Program-made: the position numbers and the translations under genes
In this document: piece after piece, positions 8,518 through 16,335 of the stretch
Layout of the letters: every line of letters starts with the position of its first letter
Position numbering within the stretch: the first letter of the stretch is position 1
Virus record (IMG/VR): IMGVR_UViG_644736364_000003
Origin: a virus
Lineage: Duplodnaviria > Heunggongvirae > Uroviricota > Caudoviricetes
Direction: 5' to 3' (one strand)
DNA: 46,137 bases
The notes under the pieces: generated by a model
What the model was told of the DNA's origin: nothing
What the model saw: only the letters and a program-made list of their open reading frames with translations
Database searches by the model: none

Positions 8518-9332
8518 GTATGGAGCTGATGGTTAAAGCGATGAAAATTCGAGTGGGTAATCCATTGCGAAAACTGGTTCTGATCAAGCTGGCTGATAAT
8601 GCCAGCGATCAGGGTGAGTGCTGGCCCAGCTACCAGCATATTGCTGACCAGTGCGAGATTAGCAAACGTTCTGTGATGAATCATATTGCGGCCCTTTGTG
8701 AGTCCGGGCTGGTAAAAAAAGTCACCCGGAAAGGTGAAAAAGGTAACTCAAGTAATATCTATCTCCTTCATCTTGATGGTGCAGGAGATTCACTAGGGGG
8801 TAGTGCAAATAATTCACTATCTGGTGCAGCAAATTCACCAGGTAGTGCAGGAGTTGCACCAGGGGGTGGTGCAGGAGATTCACCCAGAACCAGTCACTCT
8901 TTTGAACCAGTCAAAGAACCAGTCAATGAACCAATAGCTGTTGGTGCATCTGCTGATGAGTCTGTGCGAGTTCGTTCAAACCGACCGGAATACTCTCCGG
9001 AGTTTGAGCAGGCATGGCTGGCATACCCCAAACGTGCTGGTGGCAATTCAAAATCTGCAGCCTTCAAAGCCTGGAAAGCCCGTTTGAATGAGGGGGTAAA
9101 ACCCGAAACCATGCTGGAAGGTGTGAAACGCTACGCGGGCTGGGTATCTGCGATGGGTAACAGCGGCACACAATTTGTGAAACAGGCTGTCACGTTCTTT
9201 GGTCCGGATCGTCATTTCGAAGAATCCTGGGAAGTTCCTGCGGTATCTGCAGCCAGACGCGAGGACCCGTACTTCAAAGCCAGTTACGACAACGTGGACT
9301 ACAGCCAGATCCCGGCAGGATTCAGGGGGTGA
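8514..9332 (+). CDS. Replication-initiator-like HTH DNA-binding protein with Gly/Ser-rich linker
   Basis: 272 aa from MSMELMVK after GGAGG; N-terminal HTH (PSYQHIADQCEISKRSVMNHIAALCESGLVKK); lies where lambdoid replication genes normally sit. Confidence 0.5.
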   Translation: MSMELMVKAMKIRVGNPLRKLVLIKLADNASDQGECWPSYQHIADQCEISKRSVMNHIAALCESGLVKKVTRKGEKGNSSNIYLLHLDGAGDSLGGSANNSLSGAANSPGSAGVAPGGGAGDSPRTSHSFEPVKEPVNEPIAVGASADESVRVRSNRPEYSPEFEQAWLAYPKRAGGNSKSAAFKAWKARLNEGVKPETMLEGVKRYAGWVSAMGNSGTQFVKQAVTFFGPDRHFEESWEVPAVSAARREDPYFKASYDNVDYSQIPAGFRG

Positions 9333-9334
9333 TC

Positions 9335-9823
9335 ATGAGTCTTTTGAATGAAGTTCAGAAATTCATTGAAGCCCATCCGGGGTGTACTTCCGGAGACATT
9401 GCGGATGCTTTTGCAGGTTACTCACGGCAGCGCGTTCTGCAGTCAGCAAGCAAGTTACGTCAGAGTGGGCGTGTGGCTCACCGTTGTGAAGGAGATACAC
9501 GCAGACATTTCCCGCGCCTGACTGAGAGAGCACAGGAGCCGGAACCACAACCAGTTCGTGAAACCAGACCTGTGCGCAATTTCTGTGTCGGCACTAACGA
9601 CCCGCAGGTGATTTTGTGCCTGACTCGCCAGGCGGAAGAACTGGAGTCTAGGGGCTTATTCCGTCGAGCTGCAACGGTGTGGATGGAGGCATTCCGTGAA
9701 AGCCACTCCCAGCCAGAACGAAACAATTTTCTGGCGCATCGTGAGCGGTGCTTACGGAAAAGCAGCAAGCGCGCTGCATCGGGTGAAGAGTGGTATCTGT
9801 CAGGGAATTACGTGGGGGCTTAA
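9335..9823 (+). CDS. PerC-like transcriptional activator family protein (putative)
   Basis: 162 aa; C-terminal segment LTRQAEELESRGLFRRAATVWMEAFRESH resembles PerC/Pch family as recalled. Confidence 0.4.
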   Translation: MSLLNEVQKFIEAHPGCTSGDIADAFAGYSRQRVLQSASKLRQSGRVAHRCEGDTRRHFPRLTERAQEPEPQPVRETRPVRNFCVGTNDPQVILCLTRQAEELESRGLFRRAATVWMEAFRESHSQPERNNFLAHRERCLRKSSKRAASGEEWYLSGNYVGA

Positions 9824-10476
9824 TGAGTAATAAATATTGCCAGGCGCTGGTGGAGCTGCGGAACAAACCAGCCCATGAACTGAAGGAAGTGGGCGATCAG
9901 TGGCGCACGCCGGACAACATTTTCTGGGGAATTAACACCCTGTTTGGCCCGTTTGTTCTGGATCTGTTCACTGATGGTGATAACGCCAAATGTGCCGCTT
10001 ATTACACTGCGGAAGACAACGCGCTGGCGCATGACTGGTCTGAACGTCTTGCGGAGCTTAAAGGTGCTGCCTTTGGTAATCCCCCGTACAGCCGCGCCAG
10101 TCAGCATGAGGGGCAATACATCACCGGCATGCGTTACATCATGAAACATGCCAGTGCCATGCGTGATAAAGGCGGGCGCTATGTTTTCCTGATCAAAGCT
10201 GCCACCAGCGAAGTGTGGTGGCCGGAAGATGCAGATCATATTGCTTTTATTCGCGGGCGTATTGGTTTTGAACTGCCTGCCTGGTTTATCCCGAAAGACG
10301 AAAAGCAGGTGCCAACAGGTGCTTTCTTCGCTGGTGCTATTGCTGTTTTCGACAAGACCTGGAAGGGACCGGCAATCAGCTACATAGGGCGCGATGAACT
10401 TGAGGCATGTGGTGAGGCGTTTCTGGCGCAGGTTCGCCAGCAGGCGGAAAAACTGGTCAGGGAGATGGCGGCATGA
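9823..10476 (+). CDS. Phage N6-adenine DNA methyltransferase (Dam-like, orphan)
   Basis: 217 aa; catalytic NPPY motif (GNPPYSRA); no adjacent restriction endonuclease. Confidence 0.8.
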   Translation: MSNKYCQALVELRNKPAHELKEVGDQWRTPDNIFWGINTLFGPFVLDLFTDGDNAKCAAYYTAEDNALAHDWSERLAELKGAAFGNPPYSRASQHEGQYITGMRYIMKHASAMRDKGGRYVFLIKAATSEVWWPEDADHIAFIRGRIGFELPAWFIPKDEKQVPTGAFFAGAIAVFDKTWKGPAISYIGRDELEACGEAFLAQVRQQAEKLVREMAA

Positions 10477-10799
10477 CGACGTTAACTCAATGCCAGCAGC
10501 AGGTGCTGGATATGCTGATTTCTTATCAGAAAGAACGTGGCTTCCCGCCAACCAATCAGGAGGTGGCAACCATGCTGGGATACCGTTCGGTGAATGCAGC
10601 GGTGGAGCATCTTCGCGCACTGGAGAAAAAAGGCGTCATCACGATAAAGCGTGGCGTGGCCCGGGGGATAACGCTTCATACTGCGATGAAGGACGACGAC
10701 AGCGAGGCGGTCGGGATTATCCGCGCACTGCTTGCCGGTGAGGAAAACGCAAGGCTGCGTGCAACCCACTGGTTACATGAGAGGGGCCTGAAAGTATGA
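10473..10799 (+). CDS. LexA N-terminal DNA-binding-domain protein (no peptidase domain)
   Basis: 108 aa; QQQVLDMLISYQKERGFPPTNQEVATMLGYRSVNAAVEHLRALEKKGVI closely parallels the LexA winged-helix DBD. Confidence 0.7.
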   Translation: MTTLTQCQQQVLDMLISYQKERGFPPTNQEVATMLGYRSVNAAVEHLRALEKKGVITIKRGVARGITLHTAMKDDDSEAVGIIRALLAGEENARLRATHWLHERGLKV

Positions 10800-11191
10800 A
10801 GCTAATACTGCCTTTTCCGCCCAGCGTGAACACGTACTGGCGACACCCCAACAAAGGGGCGTTTGCTGGTAAGAGCCTGATAAGCGCGGCGGGGCGAAAA
10901 TTCCAGAGCGCGGCGTGTGCAGCAATAGTTGAGCAGTTACGTCGTCTGCCGAAACCAACGTCGGCACCTGCTTCAGTGGAGATCGTGTTGTTTCCTCCGG
11001 ATAACCGGATCCGCGATCTGGACAACTATAACAAGGCGCTGTTTGACGCCCTGACCCACGCGGGTGTGTGGGAAGACGACAGTCAGGTGAAAAGAATGCT
11101 GGTGGAGTGGGGACCGGTTATCCCGGAGGGGAAGGTCGAGATCACTATCAGTAAGTACGAAAAAGCGAGTTGCAAATTAGCAACTCGGTAA
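10796..11191 (+). CDS. rusA: RusA Holliday-junction resolvase
   Basis: 131 aa; N-terminal LPFPPSVNTYW and Asp-rich motifs (DLDNYNKALFDALTHAGVWEDDSQV) typical of RusA. Confidence 0.85.
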   Translation: MKLILPFPPSVNTYWRHPNKGAFAGKSLISAAGRKFQSAACAAIVEQLRRLPKPTSAPASVEIVLFPPDNRIRDLDNYNKALFDALTHAGVWEDDSQVKRMLVEWGPVIPEGKVEITISKYEKASCKLATR

Positions 11192-11353
11192 CGGAATTGA
11201 GCAACACCCTAAATTTGGGTATTACCTCGTTAAAGATACTGTATTTATGAACAGTGTATCCTTGATAACTATTAAAAATCGCAGTAAGTTCATCCTGCAT
11301 CAACGAAAAGGGAGTGCAGTCCCGCTCGTGGATAAAAATTTGTGGAGAAACCA

Positions 11354-12169
11354 ATGAATCAGTTGCTTGTAATTGATGGCGTTTCTGTGCGCCAGTACTT
11401 CGAATCTAACTACTGTCTTAACGACCTTCAGAAAGCAGCTCTTCTTGCCGCTGGTGAGAATCGCTCCTCCCGTTCGCTGGAAGTTCACGAGTTTATGCGT
11501 CGTCCTGAAACGAAGGCTCTTGTGGAATTATTGGAAGAAGAAACTACGGGAGATTCCCGTAGTATTCCTGTCATCACCATTCAGGGGCGCAATGGTGGGA
11601 CGTATGTCTGTAAAGAGCTGGTCTATGCATATGCAATGTGGATCAGCCCGGCATTCAGCTTAAAAGTGATACGTACTTTTGATGCGCTTCATAATTCATC
11701 ACCAGAAGAAACCACATCCGACAAAATTAAATCCGGGGTCATTCTGCTTGAATCAGCAGCAAAGACTCTAAATCTGTCAAACTCCTCGAAACTTGGTGCA
11801 TACCAGAAATTATCAAAGGTAGCTGGTCTTCCTGAACTTATGCCGATCTATGCCATTGATGCACCTGCTGATGCGCCAGATGGTTCAAGCCGCCCTACGC
11901 TGTCGCTGAGTGCACTGCTGAAGCAGTATGGTATCCGCCTGACGGCTAATCAGGCATATCACCAGATGGCGAAGCTGGGGATCGTTGAACAACGCGAACG
12001 ATACAGCCGTACCGCGATTAACAACATCAAAAAATTCTGGTCGCTGACCGCGAAAGGCTGCATGTTCGGCAAGAACATCACCAGTCCTGCAAATCCGCGC
12101 GAGACGCAGCCGCATTTCTTCGAATCCCGATTTCCTGAGCTGTTAAAGCTGCTCGATACCGTTCATTGA
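11354..12169 (+). CDS. KilA-N domain protein (antirepressor-like)
   Basis: Start MNQLLVIDGVSV after GGAG RBS; KilA-N-like N-terminus; preceded by 150-bp AT-rich spacer. Confidence 0.6.
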   Translation: MNQLLVIDGVSVRQYFESNYCLNDLQKAALLAAGENRSSRSLEVHEFMRRPETKALVELLEEETTGDSRSIPVITIQGRNGGTYVCKELVYAYAMWISPAFSLKVIRTFDALHNSSPEETTSDKIKSGVILLESAAKTLNLSNSSKLGAYQKLSKVAGLPELMPIYAIDAPADAPDGSSRPTLSLSALLKQYGIRLTANQAYHQMAKLGIVEQRERYSRTAINNIKKFWSLTAKGCMFGKNITSPANPRETQPHFFESRFPELLKLLDTVH

Positions 12170-12170
12170 G

Positions 12171-13166
12171 GTGACTGTGAGAGCACTACTGACCCCTGAA
12201 ATTGCCCCGCGTATGGGGATCGTATTGTTCAGGCCAGGTTCAGAGCTGATGCCCCTGTTTATGCAGGGGCGTGTCCTGCTGGAGCCTGAGCCGGAGCGTT
12301 ATTCATCTTTCGCCAGTGGTGCCGTTCCGGCGGCATCACAACCGCTGGCGGATGATCCTGCCGTTCGGGCCGTGTTCCGCCATGAGGCAGTGATCCGTCG
12401 TGCTGGTGGCGTGGAATGTCTTGAAAGCTGGTTACTTCGTGAAAAAGGCTGCCAGTGGCCTCATTCCGGATGGCACAGCGAGAACATGACCACAATGCGA
12501 CACGCTCCGGGTGCAATCCGTCTGTGCTGGCACTGCGATAACCAGCTGCGCGATCAGTTCACGGAACGGCTGGAATCAATGGCAACGGATAACTGTGCCC
12601 GCTGGGTGTTGTCTGTTGTGCGTCGGGATCTCGGTTTTGATGACAGTCACGTTGTGACAATGCCGGAACTGTGCTGGTGGCTGATTCGTAATGACCTGGC
12701 GGATGCCTTACCGGAAAGTGCAGCCCGTAAGGCACTGAGATTACCGAAGCCTGTTGTGCCGTCTGTCACCCGGGAAAGTGACCTTGTGCCTTCGGTTCCT
12801 GCCACCAGCATCATCCAGGATAAAGCGAAAAAGGTGCTGGCGCTGAAAGTGGATCCGGAGTCGCCGGAGTCTTTTATGTTACGCCCCAAACGTCGCCGCT
12901 GGGTTAATGAAAAGTACACGCGCTGGGTTAAGACGCAGCCGTGTGCATGTTGTGGAAAGCCTGCTGATGATCCCCACCACCTGATAGGCCACGGTCAGGG
13001 GGGAATGGGTACAAAAGCGCATGACCTCTTCGTGCTGCCTTTGTGCAGAAAGCATCACGACGAGCTGCATGCGGATACCGTGGCATTTGAAGAGAAGTAT
13101 GGCTCCCAGCTGGAGCTGATATTTCGTTTTATCGATCGTGCGCTGGCAATAGGCGTGCTGGCCTGA
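12171..13166 (+). CDS. DUF968-family protein with C-terminal HNH-like Cys/His motif
   Basis: 331 aa; C-terminus CACCGKPADDPHHLIGHG...LPLCRKHHDELH; family recalled from Qin-type prophages (YdfU). Confidence 0.55.
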   Translation: MTVRALLTPEIAPRMGIVLFRPGSELMPLFMQGRVLLEPEPERYSSFASGAVPAASQPLADDPAVRAVFRHEAVIRRAGGVECLESWLLREKGCQWPHSGWHSENMTTMRHAPGAIRLCWHCDNQLRDQFTERLESMATDNCARWVLSVVRRDLGFDDSHVVTMPELCWWLIRNDLADALPESAARKALRLPKPVVPSVTRESDLVPSVPATSIIQDKAKKVLALKVDPESPESFMLRPKRRRWVNEKYTRWVKTQPCACCGKPADDPHHLIGHGQGGMGTKAHDLFVLPLCRKHHDELHADTVAFEEKYGSQLELIFRFIDRALAIGVLA

Positions 13167-13183
13167 TTTTGTGGAGAAAGTTG

Positions 13184-13555
13184 ATGCGTGATATTCAAAT
13201 GGTTCTTGAACGTTGGGGGGCATGGGTGGCAAATAATCACGAGGATGTGGAATGGTCATCTGTTGCTGCAGGTTTTAAGGGATTAATTCCTTCGAAAGTA
13301 AAATCCCGCCCGCAATGTAGCGATGACGATGGCCTGATCATTAGCTCTGCGATGACAGTTCTTAAGAAAAAGGAACCGTATCAATACGAATTACTGGAAA
13401 TGTATTATGTGTATGGGGTTACATTACGGGTGTTGGGGGTAAAACTGGGGATATCACTTAATCAGGTTGTTATCAGACTGCAGAAAGCTGAAGGGTTTAT
13501 TGACGGTTGTCTGGCAATGTTGGGGGTATCTTTAGAAATTGATTGTTACATATAG
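13184..13555 (+). CDS. Q: Late-gene antiterminator Q (small QuuD/phage-82-type)
   Basis: 123 aa from MRDIQMVLERWGAW with GGAG RBS; position immediately before late region. Confidence 0.65.
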   Translation: MRDIQMVLERWGAWVANNHEDVEWSSVAAGFKGLIPSKVKSRPQCSDDDGLIISSAMTVLKKKEPYQYELLEMYYVYGVTLRVLGVKLGISLNQVVIRLQKAEGFIDGCLAMLGVSLEIDCYI

Positions 13556-13630
13556 TAATAAATTCAATCAAAGTAAATAATCATATTTTATTATAACCTC
13601 CTGATGATACCTGTTCATTGGGAGGTTATT

Positions 13631-14248
13631 ATGGATAAAAATGTAGAGCATGTATTAGTTGATGCAATTGAAAATAAGCAATCTTTAACAGTCGTTTACT
13701 TAGGAGGGAGCCAGCCCGGAACATTAAGGAATATTTCTCCGATTAGTATAAATGGGGATAAATTGCGGGCAAGATGCCATAGTTCTGGAGCAGTAAAGGT
13801 TTTCAATCTTGGGAAAATACAGTTACCCAGTGACTCCTGCGCGGTATCTATGCACTATGGAGATTTAGAAGTTAAAGCTTATGAGACGATGCAGAGCGTA
13901 AATGACAACTTTCATGCCCTTTATCCTGAAGGACGATGGGGTGTTGATTTTAATGAGCATCGCTTTGCTTTATTTGATTTTTTTAAAAACGGGAAACGAA
14001 AAAAAACGGCATTTATGGCAATTGAGTTCAGGGAAAGAGATGAAGAGAAAATAATAACAGGTGTAACAATTGATATTGGTATATCTGGAACAGTGATTTC
14101 TGAGAAGTCCCGAATCCCAAAAAGACGACCATGGGTAGTGGTTGGTCCCGAACACGGAGAATACAGTACTTATTCAACTTTGGACAAGGCTGCTACAGCG
14201 TTTTTTGAGAGGCTTTCGTTGATAGCATCCGGCCTGGAAGATAATTGA
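13631..14248 (+). CDS. Cargo (moron) protein of unknown function with WYL-like N-terminal motif
   Basis: 205 aa; GGGAGG RBS; AT-rich relative to flanks; N-terminal pattern LTVVYLGG...LRNISPISI...LRARCHSSGAVKVFNLGKI fits WYL-domain consensus by eye. Confidence 0.45.
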   Translation: MDKNVEHVLVDAIENKQSLTVVYLGGSQPGTLRNISPISINGDKLRARCHSSGAVKVFNLGKIQLPSDSCAVSMHYGDLEVKAYETMQSVNDNFHALYPEGRWGVDFNEHRFALFDFFKNGKRKKTAFMAIEFRERDEEKIITGVTIDIGISGTVISEKSRIPKRRPWVVVGPEHGEYSTYSTLDKAATAFFERLSLIASGLEDN

Positions 14249-14377
14249 TTTTATGTTTGGTATTCAGAGTTCGCCGTGCTTAAGAAAGTCAAGATTCTAA
14301 AAATACTGAATGAGCTACTTGTGTTATAACAAAAATGCTATTAGTGTGTTAAGAGTGGTTACTTCGCCACACAACTT

Positions 14378-14402
14378 AAACCCGCCACTGAGCGGGTTTT
14401 TT
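14378..14402 (+). terminator. Rho-independent terminator (tR'-like candidate)
   Basis: AAACCCGC-cactga-GCGGGTTTTTT: 8-bp stem with GC core followed by T6. Confidence 0.7.
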
Positions 14403-14526
14403 GTACCTGTAAACTTGGTGCAGTACAGTAAACACGCTGGTGGTCGTGAATACTGGCTTTTTATCTTGCTGGCTTTTTAGACAAGAGTTATTGGTATGTC
14501 ACGTTAACCGGAAAGGGTAAAAAGAC

Positions 14527-14724
14527 ATGCTGAAACAGCAGGATATGACAGAAACCGCCAGAGTTGTGTTTGATGAATTAAGCGTTACCGAACCGGCGAC
14601 AGTCGGGGAGATTGCGCAGAATACTTACCTTTCACGCGAACGCTGCCAGTTAATACTGACCCAGCTTGTTATGGCGGGTCTGGCAGACTATCAGTGCGGT
14701 TGTTACAGACGCCTTCAGTCCTGA
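14527..14724 (+). CDS. Small putative winged-helix protein (65 aa)
   Basis: ORF with HTH-like segment ATVGEIAQNTYLSRERCQLILTQLVMAGLA; weak RBS. Confidence 0.35.
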   Translation: MLKQQDMTETARVVFDELSVTEPATVGEIAQNTYLSRERCQLILTQLVMAGLADYQCGCYRRLQS

Positions 14725-14858
14725 AGGCTTTTTATTTGTGGTGAATGGGCGGCTGGTGGGGGGGCGACACCTGTCAGTCCTTTGCTTATGTGTTGATGAT
14801 AATTTACCTTTTGGGGCTATAATTGAGCTAACCAATTGCTAATGAAAGTAAAATTATA

Positions 14859-15566
14859 ATGGCTGTTGTCTGTTCAGTTATCATGGTTTGCTCCCCAATT
14901 AATATTTTTCTTGAAAAGGATACGTTGTCACTTAAGCCAGGCTCAGTTGTTCTGGCCACCAAATGCATCAGGGAGCTTTTCCTTATGCATTATGGCAAAG
15001 TTAAAATTGTCGATATAAGCGAATCCGTCGTAAGTCAATATCTGGAAAGTCAGCATAAGCTGACGAGGACTCGTCTGACTGACATTCCGCTTTACCTGTT
15101 GCTGGAACCCAACAATCCTGCGTTGGCTGCGGCTTTAATTACCAGCCAGGGATTTTCCGGAGAGGCCACGGATATGTTTCTTATGATGGCCTGCCTGTCT
15201 CTGTTTGAAACAGATGAACGGATGTCATTGTTTTTAAGTGGATGTTTATCCAGCATAAGTGCCAAAGTCAGGGCGATAATTCAGACAGATATATCAGCAA
15301 GCTGGACGCTTGGTGCGATTGCTCTACAGTTGCATATGAGTGAGAGTTTGTTAAAGACAAAACTGAAAAATGAAGGGGGCATGTTCAGTCGCTTGTTGCT
15401 GGAAGAGCGGATGCGTGTTGCTGTAAATATGTTATGTTCCCGGCATGGACAGGCTATAGCAGAAAAATGCGGTTATTCAAGCAGGTCCTACTTTATTTCT
15501 GTATTTCACCGCTATTATGGCTTCCCGCCAGACAGATATGTATCCAGGCAAGGGCTTGATTATTGA
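14859..15566 (+). CDS. AraC-family transcriptional regulator (AppY/GadX/YdeO-like prophage moron)
   Basis: 235 aa; C-terminal AraC HTH pair (...YSSRSYFISVFHRYYGFPPDRY); N-terminus MAVVCSVIMVC resembles AppY MDYVCSVVFIC as recalled; low GC. Confidence 0.8.
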   Translation: MAVVCSVIMVCSPINIFLEKDTLSLKPGSVVLATKCIRELFLMHYGKVKIVDISESVVSQYLESQHKLTRTRLTDIPLYLLLEPNNPALAAALITSQGFSGEATDMFLMMACLSLFETDERMSLFLSGCLSSISAKVRAIIQTDISASWTLGAIALQLHMSESLLKTKLKNEGGMFSRLLLEERMRVAVNMLCSRHGQAIAEKCGYSSRSYFISVFHRYYGFPPDRYVSRQGLDY

Positions 15567-15594
15567 TTTTCATCTGATTATTATTTTTTGGCTC

Positions 15595-15670
15595 GGCCCT
15601 TTAGCTCAGTGGTGAGAGCGAGCGATTCATAATCGCCAGGTCGCTGGTTCAAATCCAGCAAGGGCCACCA
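15595..15670 (+). tRNA. ileZ: tRNA with CAU anticodon (Ile2 lysidine-type, or Met)
   Basis: Cloverleaf folds by hand: acceptor GGCCCTT/AAGGGCC, D-arm GCTC..GAGC, anticodon loop TTCATAA, T-loop GGTTCAAATCC, 3' CCA; resembles ileX. Confidence 0.8.
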
Positions 15671-15677
15671 TCACATA

Positions 15678-15754
15678 CCGCCATTAGCTCATCAGGATAG
15701 AGCGCCAGCCTTCGAAGCTGGTTGCGCGGGGTTCGAGTCCTCGATGGCGGTCCA
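15678..15754 (+). tRNA. tRNA-Arg (anticodon UCG)
   Basis: Acceptor CCGCCAT/ATGGCGG, anticodon stem CCAGC/GCTGG with loop CTTCGAA, T-loop GGTTCGAGTCC, CCA end. Confidence 0.8.
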
Positions 15755-15767
15755 TTATCTGTACCCT

Positions 15768-15844
15768 GCGTTATTAGCTCAGCCGGACAGAGCAATTGCC
15801 TTCTAAGCAATCGGTCACTGGTTCGAATCCAGTACAACGCGCCA
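15768..15844 (+). tRNA. tRNA-Arg (anticodon UCU)
   Basis: Acceptor GCGTTAT/ACAACGC (one A-C mismatch), anticodon stem ATTGC/GCAAT loop CTTCTAA, T-loop GGTTCGAATCC, CCA end. Confidence 0.8.
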
Positions 15845-15854
15845 GACTTATTTT

Positions 15855-15886
15855 TCCCGGCTCGCTTTTGCGGGCTTTTTTTTAAA
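15855..15886 (+). terminator. Possible terminator after tRNA cluster
   Basis: Short GC hairpin (CTCGC-tttt-GCGGG) followed by CTTTTTTTTT. Confidence 0.4.
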
Positions 15887-16335
15887 TGTCTCACAATTCA
15901 GACGGTTGACAGTTGTCTGTTTTGCGGGGAGTTTGTTAAAAGAAACTGGCATGGTGAATCCCCCTGTGCGGAGGGGCAATCAGCAACTGGTGTTTTGTCA
16001 CCGACCCTTATCCTTTCTGTGCGGGTTCAGGTGCTGATACTGAACTCACCGGGAGGCACCCGGCATCATGTGCATGATGATACAGATACGCGGCTTTAGC
16101 CCCTCTCCGGAGGGGCTTTCTTGTGGGCAAAAAAAGCCCGAGTGGGTTCGGGCAACAGCATGAGATATACATTTTTATAATCGAATGGATTTTAACCAGA
16201 ATTCATAAGGCTGCGCAACTGCGCGGTCTTTTTCGAATTGCGGGCTGTCGTCTCTCTTCTGCCATTGTCCTGTAACTTCCGGACTTCAGCCCGCTCCTTA
16301 TTTTACTCACAATATTATCCCGGCCGGGAGGATTC

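Noticed and set aside
13556-13630. Definite assignment of the late promoter pR' and qut site
   Set aside because: The AT-rich interval has several possible -10 hexamers (TATTAT, TATAAC) but no clear -35 element or recognisable qut; too ambiguous to annotate.
15722-16099. Track ORF of 125 aa overlapping the tRNA genes
   Set aside because: It runs through two tRNA genes and the structured spacer and has no RBS; treated as spurious.
15845-16335. Shiga toxin genes between the tRNAs and nanS-p
   Set aside because: No ORF with a signal peptide or A/B-subunit features exists in the 490-bp interval; only hairpins and a doubtful 41-aa Cys-rich ORF.
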